The notes beneath the pieces are model-generated. The model saw only the letters and a list, made by a program, of their open reading frames with translations, did no database searches and was not told the DNA's origin. Shown here in pieces: positions 15,001 to 30,000 of a DNA stretch of 64,000 bases (the first letter of the stretch is position 1; each line of letters opens with the position of its first letter). The position numbers were made by a program, and so were the translations under genes. This DNA comes from Eledone cirrhosa (Eukaryota): positions 271,560,001 through 271,624,000 of the forward strand of contig OZ024743.1 in NCBI GenBank assembly GCA_964016885.1, read 5' to 3'.

Positions 15001-18000
15001 TATAAAGGACTGTATTAACCCATGGATGAGTGTGAGAGTGGTAAGTATTAGTTCTGATACATAAAGGACTGTATTAACCCATGGCTGAGTGTGAGAGTGG
15101 TAAGTATTAGTCTTGATATATAAAGGACTGTATTAACCAATGGCTGGGTGTGAGAGTGGTAAGTATTAGTCTTGATATATAAAGGACTGTATTAACCCAA
15201 GGCTGAGTGTGAGAGTGGTAAGTATTAGTTCTGATATATAAAGGACTGTATTAACCCATGGCTGGGTGTGAGAGTGGTAAGTATTAGTTCTGATACATAA
15301 AGGACTGTATTAACCCATGGCTGAGTGTGAGAGTGGTAAGTATTAGTCTTGATATATAAAGGACTGTATTAACCCATGGCTGAGTGTGAGAGTGGTAAGC
15401 ATTAGTCTTGATATATAAAGGACTGTATTAACCCATGGCTGAGTGTTAAAGTGGTAAGTATTAGTCTTGCTATATAAAGGACTGTATTAACCCATGGCTG
15501 AGTGTGAGAGTGGTAAGTATTAGTTCTGATATATAAAGGACTGTATTAACCCATGGCTGGGTGTGAGAGTGGTAAGTATTAGTCTTGATATATAAAGGAC
15601 TGTATTAACCAATGGCTGGGTGTGAGAGTGGTAAGTATTAGTTCTGATATATAAAGGACTGTATTAACCCATGGCTGAGTGTGAGAGTGGTAAGTATTAG
15701 TCTTGATATATAAAGGACTGTATCAACCCATGGCTGGGTGTGAGAGTGGTAAGTATTAGTCTTGATATATAAAGGACTGTATTAACCCATGGCTGAGTGT
15801 AGGAGTGGTAAGTATTATTCTTGATATATAAAGGATTGTATTAACCCATGGCTGGGTGTGAGAGTGGTAAGTATTAGTTCTGATATATAAAGGACTGTAT
15901 TAACCCACGAGTGTGAGAGTGGTAAGTATTAGTTCTGATATATAAAGGACTGTATTAACTCATGGCTGAGTGTGAGAGTGGTAAGTATTAGTTCTGATAT
16001 ATAAAGGACTGTATTAACCCATGGCTGAGTGTGAGAGTGGTAAGTATTGGTTCTGATATATAAAGGACTGTATTAACCCATGGCAGAGTGTGAGAGTGGT
16101 AAGTATTAGTCTTGATATATAAAGGAGTGTATTAACCAATGGCTGGGTGTGAGAGTGGTAAGTATTAGTCTTGATATATAAAGGACTGTATTAACCCATG
16201 GCTGAGTGTAGGAGTGGTAAGTATTATTCTTGATATATAAAGGATTGTATTAACCCATGGCTGGGTGTGAGAGTGGTAAGTATTAGTCTTGATATATAAA
16301 GGACTGTATTAACCCATGGCTGAGTGTAGGAGTGGTAAGTATTATTCTTGATATATAAAGGATTGTATTAACCCATGGCCGGGTGTGAGAGTGGTAAGTA
16401 TTAGTTCTGATATATAAAGGACTGTATTAACCCATGGCTGTGTGTGAGAGTGATAAGTGTTAGTCTTGATATATAAAGGACTGTATTAACCCATGGCTGA
16501 GTGTGAGAGTGGTAAGTATTAGTTCTGATATATAAAGGACTGTATTAACCCACGAGTGTGAGAGTGGTAAGTATTAGTTCTGATATATAAAGGACTGTAT
16601 TAACTCATGGCTGAGTGTGAGAGTGGTAAGTATTAGTTCTGATATATAAAGGACTGTATTAACCCATGGCTGAGTGTGAGAGTGGTAAGTATTGGTTCTG
16701 ATATATAAAGGACTGTATTAACCCATGGCAGAGTGTGAGAGTGGTAAGTATTAGTTCTGATATATAAAGGACTGTATTAACCCATGGCTGGGTATGAGAG
16801 TGGTAAGTATTAGTCTTGATATATAAAGGACTGTATTAACCCATGGCTGAGTGTGAGAGTGGTAAGTATTAGTCTTGATATATAAAGGAGTGTATTAACC
16901 AATGGCTGAGTGTGAGATTGGTAAGTATTAGTCTTGATATATAAAGGACTGTATTAACCCATGGCTGAGTGTGAGAGTGGTAAGTATTAGTCTTGATATA
17001 TAAAGGACTGTATTAACCCATGGCTGAGTGTGAGAGTGGTAAGTATTAGTTCTGATATATAAAGGACTGTATTAACCAATGGCTGAGTGTGAGAGTGGTA
17101 AGTATTAGTTCTGATATATAAAGGACTGTATTAACCCATGGCTGGGTGTGAGAGTGGTAAGTATTAGTCTTGATATATAAAGGACTGTATTAACCCATGG
17201 CTGTGTGTGAGAGCGGTAAGTATTAGTCTTGATATATAAAGGACTGTATTAACCCATGGCTGAGTGTGAGAGTGGTAAGTATTAGTCTTGATATATAAAG
17301 GACTGTATTAACCCATGGCTGAGTGTGAAAGTGGTAATTATTAGTCTTGATTTATAAAGGACTGTATTAACCCATGGCTGAGTGTGAGAGTGGTAAGTAT
17401 TAGTTCTGATATATAAAGGACTGTATTAACCCATGGCAGAGTGTGAGAGTGGTAAGTATTAGTTCTGATATATAAAGGACTGTATTAACCCATGGCTAGG
17501 TGTGAGAGTGGTAAGTATTAGTTCTGATATATAAAGGACTGTATTAACCCATGGCTGAGTGTGAGAGTGGTAAGTATTGGTTCTGATATATAAAGGACTG
17601 TATTAACCCATGGCAGAGTGTGACAGTGGTAAGTATTAGTCTTGATATATAAAGGAGTGTATTAACCAATGGCTGGGTGTGAGAGTGGTAAGTATTAGTC
17701 TTGATATATAAAGGACTGTATTAACTCATGGCTGAGTGTAGGAGTGGTAAGTATTATTCTTGATATATAAAGGATTGTATTAACCCATGGCTGGGTGTGA
17801 GAGTGGTAAGTATTAGTCTTGATATATAAAGGACTGTATTAACCCATGGCTGAGTGTAGGAGTGGTAAGTATTATTCTTGATATATAAAGGATTGTATTA
17901 ACCCATGGCCGGGTGTGAGAGTGGTAAGTATTAGTTCTGATATATAAAGGACTGTATTAACCCATGGCTGTGTGTGAGAGTGATAAGTGTTAGTCTTGAT

Positions 18001-21000
18001 ATATAAAGGACTGTATTAACCCATGGCTGAGTGTGAGAGTGGTAAGTATTAGTTCTGATATATAAAGGACTGTATTAACCCATGAGTGTGAGAGTGGTAA
18101 GTATTAGTTCTGATATATAAAGGACTGTATTAACTCATGGCTGAGTGTGAGAGTGGTAAGTATTAGTTCTGATATATAAAGGACTGTATTAACCCATGGC
18201 TGAGTGTGAGAGTGGTAAGTATTGGTTCTGATATATAAAGGACTGTATTAACCCATGGCAGAGTGTGAGAGTGGTAAGTATTAGTTCTGATATATAAAGG
18301 ACTGTATTAACCCATGGCTGGGTATGAGAGTGGTAAGTATTAGTCTTGATATATAAAGGACTGTATTAACCCATGGCTGAGTGTGAGAGTGGTAAGTATT
18401 AGTCTTGATATATAAAGGAGTGTATTAACCAATGGCTGAGTGTGAGATTGGTAAGTATTAGTCTTGATATATAAAGGACTGTATTAACCCATGGCTGAGT
18501 GTGAGAGTGGTAAGTATTAGTCTTGATATATAAAGGACTGTATTAACCCATGGCTGAGTGTGAGAGTGGTAAGTATTAGTTCTGATATATAAAGGACTGT
18601 ATTAACCAATGGCTGAGTGTGAGAATGGTAAGTATTAGTTCTGATATATAAAGGACTGTATTAACCCATGGCTGGGTGTGAGAGTGGTAAGTATTAGTCT
18701 TGATATATAAAGGACTGTATTAACCCATGGCTGTGTGTGAGAGCGGTAAGTATTAGTCTTGATATATAAAGGACTGTATTAACCCATGGCTGAGTGTGAG
18801 AGTGGTAAGTATTAGTCTTGATATATAAAGGACTGTATTAACCCATGGCTGAGTGTGAAAGTGGTAATTATTAGTCTTGATTTATAAAGGACTGTATTAA
18901 CCCATGGCTGAGTGTGAGAGTGGTAAGTATTAGTTCTGATATATAAAGGACTGTATTAACCCATGGCAGAGTGTGAGAGTGGTAAGTATTAGTTCTGATA
19001 TATAAAGGACTGTATTAACACATGGCTAGGTGTGAGAGTGGTAAGTATTAGTTCTGATATATAAAGGACTGTATTAACCCATGGCTGGGTGTGAGAGTGG
19101 TAAGTATTAGTCTTGATATATAAAGGACTGTATTAACCCATGGCTGAGTGTGAGAGTGGTAAGTATTAGTTCTGATATATAAAGGACTGTATTAACCAAT
19201 GGCTGAGTGTGAGAGTGGTAAGTATTAGTCTTGATATATAAAGGACTGTATTAACCAATGGCTTGGGTGTGAGAGTGGTAAGTATTAGTTCTGATATATA
19301 AAGGACTGTATTAACCCATGGCTGGGTGTGAGAGTGGTAAGTATTAGTCTTGATATATAAAGGACTGTATTAACCCATGGCTGAGTGTGAGAGTGGTAAG
19401 TATTAGTCTTGATATATAAAGGACTGTATTAACCCATGGCTGGGTGTGAGAGTGGTAAGTATTAGTCTTGATATATAAAGGACTGTATTAACCCATGGCT
19501 GAGTGTAGGAGTGGTAAGTATTAGTCTTGATATATAAAGGATTGTATTAACCCATGGCTGGGTGTGAGAGTGCTAAGTATTATTCTTGATATATAAAGGA
19601 CTGTATTAACCCATGGCTGAGTGTGAGAGTGGTAAGTATTAGTTCTGATATATAAAGGACTGTGTTAACCCATGGCTGAGTGTGAGAGTGGTAAGTATTA
19701 GTTCTGATATATAAAGGACTGTATTAACCCATGGCTGAGTGTGAGAGTGGTAAGTAATAGTCTTGATATATAAAGGACTGTATTAACCAATGGCTGGGTG
19801 TGAGAGTGGTAAGTATTAGTCTTGATATATAAAGGATTGTATTAACCAATGGCTGGGTGTGAGAGTGGTAAGTATTAGTCTTGATATATAAAGGACTGTA
19901 TTAACCCAAGGCTGAGTGTGAGAGTGGTAAGTACTAGTTCTGATATATAAAGGACTGTATTAACCCATGGATGAGTGTGAGAGTGGTAAGTATTAGTTCT
20001 GATACATAAAGGACTGTATTAACCCATGGCTGAGTGTGAGAGTGGTAAGTATTAGTCTTGATATATAAAGGACTGTATTAACCCATGGCTGAGTGTGAGA
20101 GTGGTAAGTATTATTCTTGATATATAAAGGACTGTATTAACCCATGGCTGAGTGTGAGAGTGGTAAGTATTAGTCTTGATATATAAAGGACTGTATTAAC
20201 CAATGGCTGGGTGTGAGAGTGGTAAGTATTAGTTCTGATATATAAAGGACTGTATTAACCCATGGCTGGGTGTGAGAGTGGTAAGTATTAGTTCTGATAT
20301 ATAAAGGACTGTATTAACCCATGGCTGGGTCTGAGAGTGGTAAGTATTAGTCTTGATATATAAAGGACTGTATTAACCCATGGCTGAGTGTGAGAGTGGT
20401 AAGTATTAGTCTTGATATATAAAGGACTGTATTAACCCATGGCTGAGTGTGAGAGTGGTAAGCATTAGTCTTGATATATAAAGGACTGTATTAACCCATG
20501 GCTGAGTGTTAAAGTGGTAAGTATTAGTCTTGATATATAAAGGACTGTATTAACCCATGGCTGAGTGTGAGAGTGGTAAGTATTAGTTCTGATATATAAA
20601 GGACTGTATTAACCCATGGCTGGGTGTGAGAGTGGTAAGTATTAGTCTTGATATATAAAGGACTGTATTAACCAATGGCTGGGTGTGAGAGTGGTAAGTA
20701 TTAGTCTTGATATATAAAGGACTGTATTAACCCATGGCTGAGTGTGAGAGTGGTAAGTATTAGTCTTGATATATAAAGGACCGTATCAACCCATGGCTGG
20801 GTGTGAGAGTGGTAAGTATTAGTCTTGATATATAAAGGACTGTATTAACCCATGGCTGAGTGTAGGAGTGGTAAGTATTATTCTTGATATATAAAGGATT
20901 GTATTAACCCATGTCTGGGTGTGAGAGTGGTAAGTATTAGTCTTGATATATAAAGGACTGTATTAACCCATGGCTGAGTGTAGGAGTGGTAAGTATTATT

Positions 21001-24000
21001 CTTGATATATAAAGGATTGTATTAACCCATGGCTGGGTGTGAGAGTGGTAAGTATTAGTTCTGATATATAAAGGACTGTATTAACCCATGGCTGTGTGTG
21101 AGAGTGATAAGTATTAGTCCTGATATATAAAGGACTGTATTAACCCATGGCTGAGTGTGAGAGTGGTAAGTATTAGTTCTGATATATAAAGGACTGTATT
21201 AACCCACGAGTGTGAGAGTGGTAAGTATTAGTTCTGATATATAAAGGACTGTATTAACTCATGGCTGAGTGTGAGAGTGGTAAGTATTAGTTCTGATATA
21301 TAAAGGACTGTATTAACCCATGGCTGAGTGTGAGAGTGGTAAGTATTGGTTCTGATATATAAAGGACTGTATTAACCCATGGCAGAGTGTGAGAGTGGTA
21401 AGTATTAGTCTTGATATATAAAGGAGTGTATTAACCAATGGCTGGGTGTGAGAGTGGTAAGTATTAGTCTTGATATATAAAGGACTGTATTAACCCATGG
21501 CTGAGTGTAGGAGTGGTAAGTATTATTCTTGATATATAAAGGATTGTATTAACCCATGGCTGGGTGTGAGAGTGGTAAGTATTAGTCTTGATATATAAAG
21601 GACTGTATTAACCCATGGCTGAGTGTAGGAGTGGTAAGTATTATTCTTGATATATAAAGGATTGTATTAACCCATGGCCGGGTGTGAGAGTGGTAAGTAT
21701 TAGTTCTGATATATAAAGGACTGTATTAACCCATGGCTGTGTGTGAGAGTGATAAGTGTTAGTCTTGATATATAAAGGACTGTATTAACCCATGGCTGAG
21801 TGTGAGAGTGGTAAGTATTAGTTCTGATATATAAAGGACTGTATTAACCCACGAGTGTGAGAGTGGTAAGTATTAGTTCTGATATATAAAGGACTGTATT
21901 AACTCATGGCTGAGTGTGAGAGTGGTAAGTATTAGTTCTGATATATAAAGGACTGTATTAACCCATGGCTGAGTATGAGAGTGGTAAGTATTGGTTCTGA
22001 TATATAAAGGACTGTATTAACCCATGGCAGAGTGTGAGAGTGGTAAGTATTAGTTCTGATATATAAAGGACTGTATTAACCCATGGCTGGGTATGAGAGT
22101 GGTAAGTATTAGTCTTGATATATAAAGGACTGTATTAACCCATGGCTGAGTGTGAGAGTGGTAAGTATTAGTCTTGATATATAAAGGAGTGTATTAACCA
22201 ATGGCTGAGTGTGAGAGTGGTAAGTATTAGTCTTGATATATAAAGGACTGTATTAACCCATGGCTGAGTGTGAGAGTGGTAAGTATTAGTCTTGATATAT
22301 AAAGGACTGTATTAACCCATGGCTGAGTGTGAGAGTGGTAAGTATTAGTTCTGATATATAAAGGACTGTATTAACCAATGGCTGAGTGTGAGAGCGGTAA
22401 GTATTAGTTCTGATATATAAAGGACTGTATTAACCCATGGCAGAGTGTGAGAGTGGTAAGTATTAGTTCTGATATATAAAGGACTGTATTAACACATGGC
22501 TAGGTGTGAGAGTGGTAAGTATTAGTTCTGATATATAAAGGACTGTATTAACCCATGGCTGGGTGTGAGAGTGGTAAGTATTAGTCTTGATATATAAAGG
22601 ACTGTATTAACCCATGGCTGAGTGTGAGAGTGGTAAGTATTAGTTCTGATATATAAAGGACTGTATTAACCAATGGCTGAGTGTGAGAGTGGTAAGTATT
22701 AGTCTTGATATATAAAGGACTGTATTAACCAATGGCTTGGGTGTGAGAGTGGTAAGTATTAGTTCTGATATATAAAGGACTGTATTAACCCATGGCTGGG
22801 TGTGAGAGTGGTAAGTATTAGTCTTGATATATAAAGGACTGTATTAACCCATGGCTGAGTGTGAGAGTGGTAAGTATTAGTCTTGATATATAAAGGACTG
22901 TATTAACCCATGGCTGGGTGTGAGAGTGGTAAGTATTAGTCTTGATATATAAAGGACTGTATTAACCCATGGCTGAGTGTAGGAGTGGTAAGTATTAGTC
23001 TTGATATATAAAGGATTGTATTAACCCATGGCTGGGTGTGAGAGTGCTAAGTATTATTCTTGATATATAAAGGACTGTATTAACCCATGGCTGAGTGTGA
23101 GAGTGGTAAGTATTAGTTCTGATATATAAAGGACTGTGTTAACCCATGGCTGAGTGTGAGAGTGGTAAGTATTAGTTCTGATATATAAAGGACTGTATTA
23201 ACCCATGGCTGAGTGTGAGAGTGGTAAGTAATAGTCTTGATATATAAAGGACTGTATTAACCAATGGCTGGGTGTGAGAGTGGTAAGTATTAGTCTTGAT
23301 ATATAAAGGATTGTATTAACCAATGGCTGGGTGTGAGAGTGGTAAGTATTAGTCTTGATATATAAAGGACTGTATTAACCCAAGGCTGAGTGTGAGAGTG
23401 GTAAGTACTAGTTCTGATATATAAAGGACTGTATTAACCCATGGATGAGTGTGAGAGTGGTAAGTATTAGTTCTGATACATAAAGGACTGTATTAACCCA
23501 TGGCTGAGTGTGAGAGTGGTAAGTATTAGTCTTGATATATAAAGGACTGTATTAACCCATGGCTGAGTGTGAGAGTGGTAAGTATTATTCTTGATATATA
23601 AAGGACTGTATTAACCCATGGCTGAGTGTGAGAGTGGTAAGTATTAGTCTTGATATATAAAGGACTGTATTAACCAATGGCTGGGTGTGAGAGTGGTAAG
23701 TATTAGTTCTGATATATAAAGGACTGTATTAACCCATGGCTGGGTGTGAGAGTGGTAAGTATTAGTTCTGATATATAAAGGACTGTATTAACCCATGGCT
23801 GGGTCTGAGAGTGGTAAGTATTAGTCTTGATATATAAAGGACTGTATTAACCCATGGCTGAGTGTGAGAGTGGTAAGTATTAGTCTTGATATATAAAGGA
23901 CTGTATTAACCCATGGCTGAGTGTGAGAGTGGTAAGCATTAGTCTTGATATATAAAGGACTGTATTAACCCATGGCTGAGTGTTAAAGTGGTAAGTATTA

Positions 24001-27000
24001 GTCTTGATATATAAAGGACTGTATTAACCCATGGCTGAGTGTGAGAGTGGTAAGTATTAGTTCTGATATATAAAGGACTGTATTAACCCATGGCTGGGTG
24101 TGAGAGTGGTAAGTATTAGTCTTGATATATAAAGGACTGTATTAACCAATGGCTGGGTGTGAGAGTGGTAAGTATTAGTCTTGATATATAAAGGACTGTA
24201 TTAACCCATGGCTGAGTGTGAGAGTGGTAAGTATTAGTCTTGATATATAAAGGACCGTATCAACCCATGGCTGGGTGTGAGAGTGGTAAGTATTAGTCTT
24301 GATATATAAAGGACTGTATTAACCCATGGCTGAGTGTAGGAGTGGTAAGTATTATTCTTGATATATAAAGGATTGTATTAACCCATGTCTGGGTGTGAGA
24401 GTGGTAAGTATTAGTCTTGATATATAAAGGACTGTATTAACCCATGGCTGAGTGTAGGAGTGGTAAGTATTATTCTTGATATATAAAGGATTGTATTAAC
24501 CCATGGCTGGGTGTGAGAGTGGTAAGTATTAGTTCTGATATATAAAGGACTGTATTAACCCATGGCTGTGTGTGAGAGTGATAAGTATTAGTCTTGATAT
24601 ATAAAGGACTGTATTAACCCATGGCTGAGTGTGAGAGTGGTAAGTATTAGTTCTGATATATAAAGGACTGTATTAACCCACGAGTGTGAGAGTGGTAAGT
24701 ATTAGTTCTGATATATAAAGGACTGTATTAACTCATGGCTGAGTGTGAGAGTGGTAAGTATTAGTTCTGATATATAAAGGACTGTATTAACCCATGGCTG
24801 AGTGTGAGAGTGGTAAGTATTGGTTCTGATATATAAAGGACTGTATTAACCCATGGCAGAGTGTGAGAGTGGTAAGTATTAGTCTTGATATATAAAGGAG
24901 TGTATTAACCAATGGCTGGGTGTGAGAGTGGTAAGTATTAGTCTTGATATATAAAGGACTGTATTAACCCATGGCTGAGTGTAGGAGTGGTAAGTATTAT
25001 TCTTGATATATAAAGGATTGTATTAACCCATGGCTGGGTGTGAGAGTGGTAAGTATTAGTCTTGATATATAAAGGACTGTATTAACCCATGGCTGAGTGT
25101 AGGAGTGGTAAGTATTATTCTTGATATATAAAGGATTGTATTAACCCATGGCCGGGTGTGAGAGTGGTAAGTATTAGTTCTGATATATAAAGGACTGTAT
25201 TAACCCATGGCTGTGTGTGAGAGTGATAAGTGTTAGTCTTGATATATAAAGGACTGTATTAACCCATGGCTGTGTGTGAGAGTGGTAAGTATTAGTTCTG
25301 ATATATAAAGGACTGTATTAACCCACGAGTGTGAGAGTGGTAAGTATTAGTTCTGATATATAAAGGACTGTATTAACTCATGGCTGAGTGTGAGAGTGGT
25401 AAGTATTAGTTCTGATATATAAAGGACTGTATTAACCCATGGCTGAGTGTGAGAGTGGTAAGTATTGGTTCTGATATATAAAGGACTGTATTAACCCATG
25501 GCAGAGTGTGAGAGTGGTAAGTATTAGTTCTGATATATAAAGGACTGTATTAACCCATGGCTGGGTATGAGAGTGGTAAGTATTAGTCTTGATATATAAA
25601 GGACTGTATTAACCCATGGCTGAGTGTGAGAGTGGTAAGTATTAGTCTTGATATATAAAGGAGTGTATTAACCAATGGCTGAGTGTGAGAGTGGTAAGTA
25701 TTAGTCTTGATATATAAAGGACTGTATTAACCCATGGCTGAGTGTGAGAGTGGTAAGTATTAGTCTTGATATATAAAGGACTGTATTAACCCATGGCTGA
25801 GTGTGAGAGTGGTAAGTATTAGTTCTGATATATAAAGGACTGTATTAACCAATGGCTGAGTGTGAGAGCGGTAAGTATTAGTTCTGATATATAAAGGACT
25901 GTATTAACCCATGGCTGGGTGTGAGAGTGGTAAGTATTAGTCTTGATATATAAAGGACTGTATTAACCCATGGCTGTGTGTGAGAGCGGTAAGTATTAGT
26001 CTTGATATATAAAGGACTGTATTAACCCATGGCTGAGTGTGAGAGTGGTAAGTATTAGTCTTGATATATAAAGGACTGTATTAACCCATGGCTGAGTGTG
26101 AAAGTGGTAATTATTAGTCTTGATATATAAAGGACTGTATTAACCCATGGCTGAGTGTGAGACTGGTAAGTATTAGTTCTGATATATAAAGGACTGTATT
26201 AACCCATGGCAGAGTGTGAGAGTGGTAAGTATTAGTTCTGATATATAAAGGACTGTATTAACCCATGGCTAGGTGTGAGAGTGGTAAGTATTAGTTCTGA
26301 TATATAAAGGACTGTATTAACCCATGGCTGAGTGTGAGAGTGGTAAGTATTAGTTCTGATATATGAAGGACTGTATTAACCAATGGCTGAGTGTGAGAGT
26401 GGTAAGTATTAGTCTTGATATATAAAGGACTGTATTAACCAATGGCTTGGGTGTGAGAGTGGTAAGTATTAGTTCTGATATATAAAGGACTGTATTAACC
26501 CATGGCTGGGTGTGAGAGTGGTAAGTATTAGTCTTGATATATAAAGGACTGTATTAACCCATGGCTGAGTGTGAGAGTGGTAAGTATTAGTCTTGATATA
26601 TAAAGGACTGTATTAACCCATGGCTGAGTGTGAAAGTGGTAATTATTAGTCTTGATATATAAAGGACTGTATTAACCCATGGCTGAGTGTGAGACTGGTA
26701 AGTATTAGTTCTGATATATAAAGGACTGTATTAACCCATGGCAGAGTGTGAGAGTGGTAAGTATTAGTTCTGATATATAAAGGACTGTATTAACCCATGG
26801 CTAGGTGTGAGAGTGGTAAGTATTAGTTCTGATATATAAAGGACTGTATTAACCCATGGCTGGGTGTGAGAGTGGTAAGTATTAGTCTTGATATATAAAG
26901 GACTGTATTAACCCATGGCTGAGTGTGAGAGTGGTAAGTATTAGTTCTGATATATAAAGGACTGTATTAACCAATGGCTGAGTGTGAGAGTGGTAAGTAT

Positions 27001-30000
27001 TAGTCTTGATATATAAAGGACTGTATTAACCAATGGCTTGGGTGTGAGAGTGGTAAGTATTAGTTCTGATATATAAAGGACTGTATTAACCCATGGCTGG
27101 GTGTGAGAGTGGTAAGTATTAGTCTTGATATATAAAGGACTGTATTAACCCATGGCTGAGTGTGAGAGTGGTAAGTATTAGTCTTGATATATAAAGGACT
27201 GTATTAACCCATGGCTGGGTGTGAGAGTGGTAAGTATTAGTCTTGATATATAAAGGACTGTATTAACCCATGATTGAGTGTAGGAGTGGTAAGTATTAGT
27301 CTTGATATATAAAGGATTGTATTAACCCATGGCTGGGTGTGAGAGTGCTAAGTATTATTCTTGATATATAAAGGACTGTATTAACCCATGGCTGAGTGTG
27401 AGAGTGGTAACTATTAGTTCTGATATATAAAGGACTGTATTAACCCATGGCTGAGTGTGAGAGTGGTAAGTATTAGTCTTGATATATAAAGGACTGTATT
27501 AACCCATGGCTGTGTGTGAGAGTGGTAAGTATTAGTCTTGATATATAAAGGACTGTATTAACCAATGGCTTGGGTGTGAGAGTGGTAAGTATTAGTTCTG
27601 ATATATAAAGGACTGTATTAACCCATTGCTGAGTGTGAGTGTGGTAAGTATTAGTCTTGATATATAAAGGACTGTATTAACCCATGGTTGAGTGTGAGAG
27701 TGGTAAGTATTAATTCTGATATATAAAGGACTGTATTAACCCATGGCTGAGTGTGAGAGTGGTAAGTATTAGTTCTGATATATAAAGGACTGTATTAACC
27801 CATGGCTGAGTGTGAGAGTGGTAAGTATTAGTTCTGATATATAAAGGACTGTATTAACCCATGGCTGAGTGTGAGAGTGGTAAGTAATAGTCTTGATATA
27901 TAAAGGACTGTATTAACCAATGGCTGGGTGTGAGAGTGGTAAGTATTAGTCTTGATATATAAAGGATTGTATTAACCAATGGCTGGGTGTGAGAGTGGTA
28001 AGTATTAGTCTTGATATATAAAGGACTGTATTAACCCAAGGCTGAGTGTGAGAGTGGTAAGTATTAGTTCTGATATATAAAGGACTGTATTAACCCATGG
28101 ATGAGTGTGAGAGTGGTAAGTATTAGTTCTGATACATAAAGGACTGTATTAACCCATGGCTGAGTGTGAGAGTGGTAAGTATTAGTCTTGATATATAAAG
28201 GACTGTATTAACCCATGGCTGAGTGTGAGAGTGGTAAGTATTATTCTTGATATATAAAGGACTGTATTAACCCATGGCTGAGTGTGAGAGTGGTAAGTAT
28301 TAGTCTTGATATATAAAGGACTGTATTAACCAATGGCTGGGTGTGAGAGTGGTAAGTATTAGTTCTGATATATAAAGGACTGTATTAACCCATGGCTGGG
28401 TGTGAGAGTGGTAAGTATTAGTTCTGATATATAAAGGACTGTATTAACCCATGGCTGGGTCTGAGAGTGGTAAGTATTATTCTTGATATATAAAGGATTG
28501 TATTAACCCATGGCTGGGTGTGAGAGTGGTAAGTATTAGTCTTGATATATAAAGGACTGTATTAACCCATGGCTGAGTGTAGGAGTGGTAAGTATTATCC
28601 TTGATATATAAAGGATTGTATTAACCCACGGCTGGGTGTGAGAGTGGTAAGTATTAGTTCTGATATATAAAGGACTGTATTAACCCATGGCTGTGTGTGA
28701 GAGTGATAAGTATTAGTCTTGATATATAAAGGACTGTATTAACCCATGGCTGAGTGTGAGAGTGGTAAGTATTAGTTCTGATATATAAAGGACTGTATTA
28801 ACCCACGAGTGTGAGAGTGGTAAGTATTAGTTCTGATATATAAAGGACTGTATTAACTCATGGCTGAGTGTGAGAGTGGTAAGTATTAGTTCTGATATAT
28901 AAAGGACTGTATTAACCCATGGCTGAGTGTGAGAGTGGTAAGTATTGGTTCTGATATATAAAGGACTGTATTAACCCATGGCAGAGTGTGAGAGTGGTAA
29001 GTATTAGTCTTGATATATAAAGGAGTGTATTAACCAATGGCTGGGTGTGAGAGTGGTAAGTATTAGTCTTGATATATAAAGGACTGTATTAACCCATGGC
29101 TGAGTGTAGGAGTGGTAAGTATTATTCTTGATATATAAAGGATTGTATTAACCCATGGCTGGGTGTGAGAGTGGTAAGTATTAGTCTTGATATATAAAGG
29201 ACTGTATTAACCCATGGCTGAGTGTAGGAGTGGTAAGTATTAGTCTTGATTTATAAAGGACTGTATTAACCCATGGCTGAGTGTGAGAGTGGTAAGTATT
29301 AGTCTTGATATATAAAGGACTGTATTAACCAATGGCTGAGTGTGAGAGTGGTAAGTATTAGTTCTGATATATAAAGGACTGTATTAACCCATGGCTGGGT
29401 GTGAGAGTGGTAAGTATTAGTCTTGATATATAAAGGACTGTATTAACCCATGGCTGTGTGTGAGAGCGGTAAGTATTAGTCTTGATATATAAAGGACTGT
29501 ATTAACCCATGGCTGAGTCTGAGAGTGGTAAGTATTAGTCTTGATATATAAAGGACTGTATTAACCCATGGCTGAGTGTGAAAGTGGTAATTATTAGTCT
29601 TGATATATAAAGGACTGTATTAACCCATGGCTGAGTGTGAGAGTGGTAAGTATTAGTTCTGATATATAAAGGACTGTATTAACCCATGGCAGAGTGTGAG
29701 AGTGGTAAGTATTAGTTCTGATATATAAAGGACTGTATTAACCCATGGCTAGGTGTGAGAGTGGTAAGTATTAGTTCTGATATATAAAGGACTGTATTAA
29801 CCCATGGCTGGGTGTGAGAGTGGTAAGTATTAGTCTTGATATATAAAGGACTGTATTAACCCATGGCTGAGTGTGAGAGTGGTAAGTATTAGTTCTGATA
29901 TATAAAGGACTGTATTAACCAATGGCTGAGTGTGAGAGTGGTAAGTATTAGTCTTGATATATAAAGGACTGTATTAACCAATGGCTTGGGTGTGAGAGTG

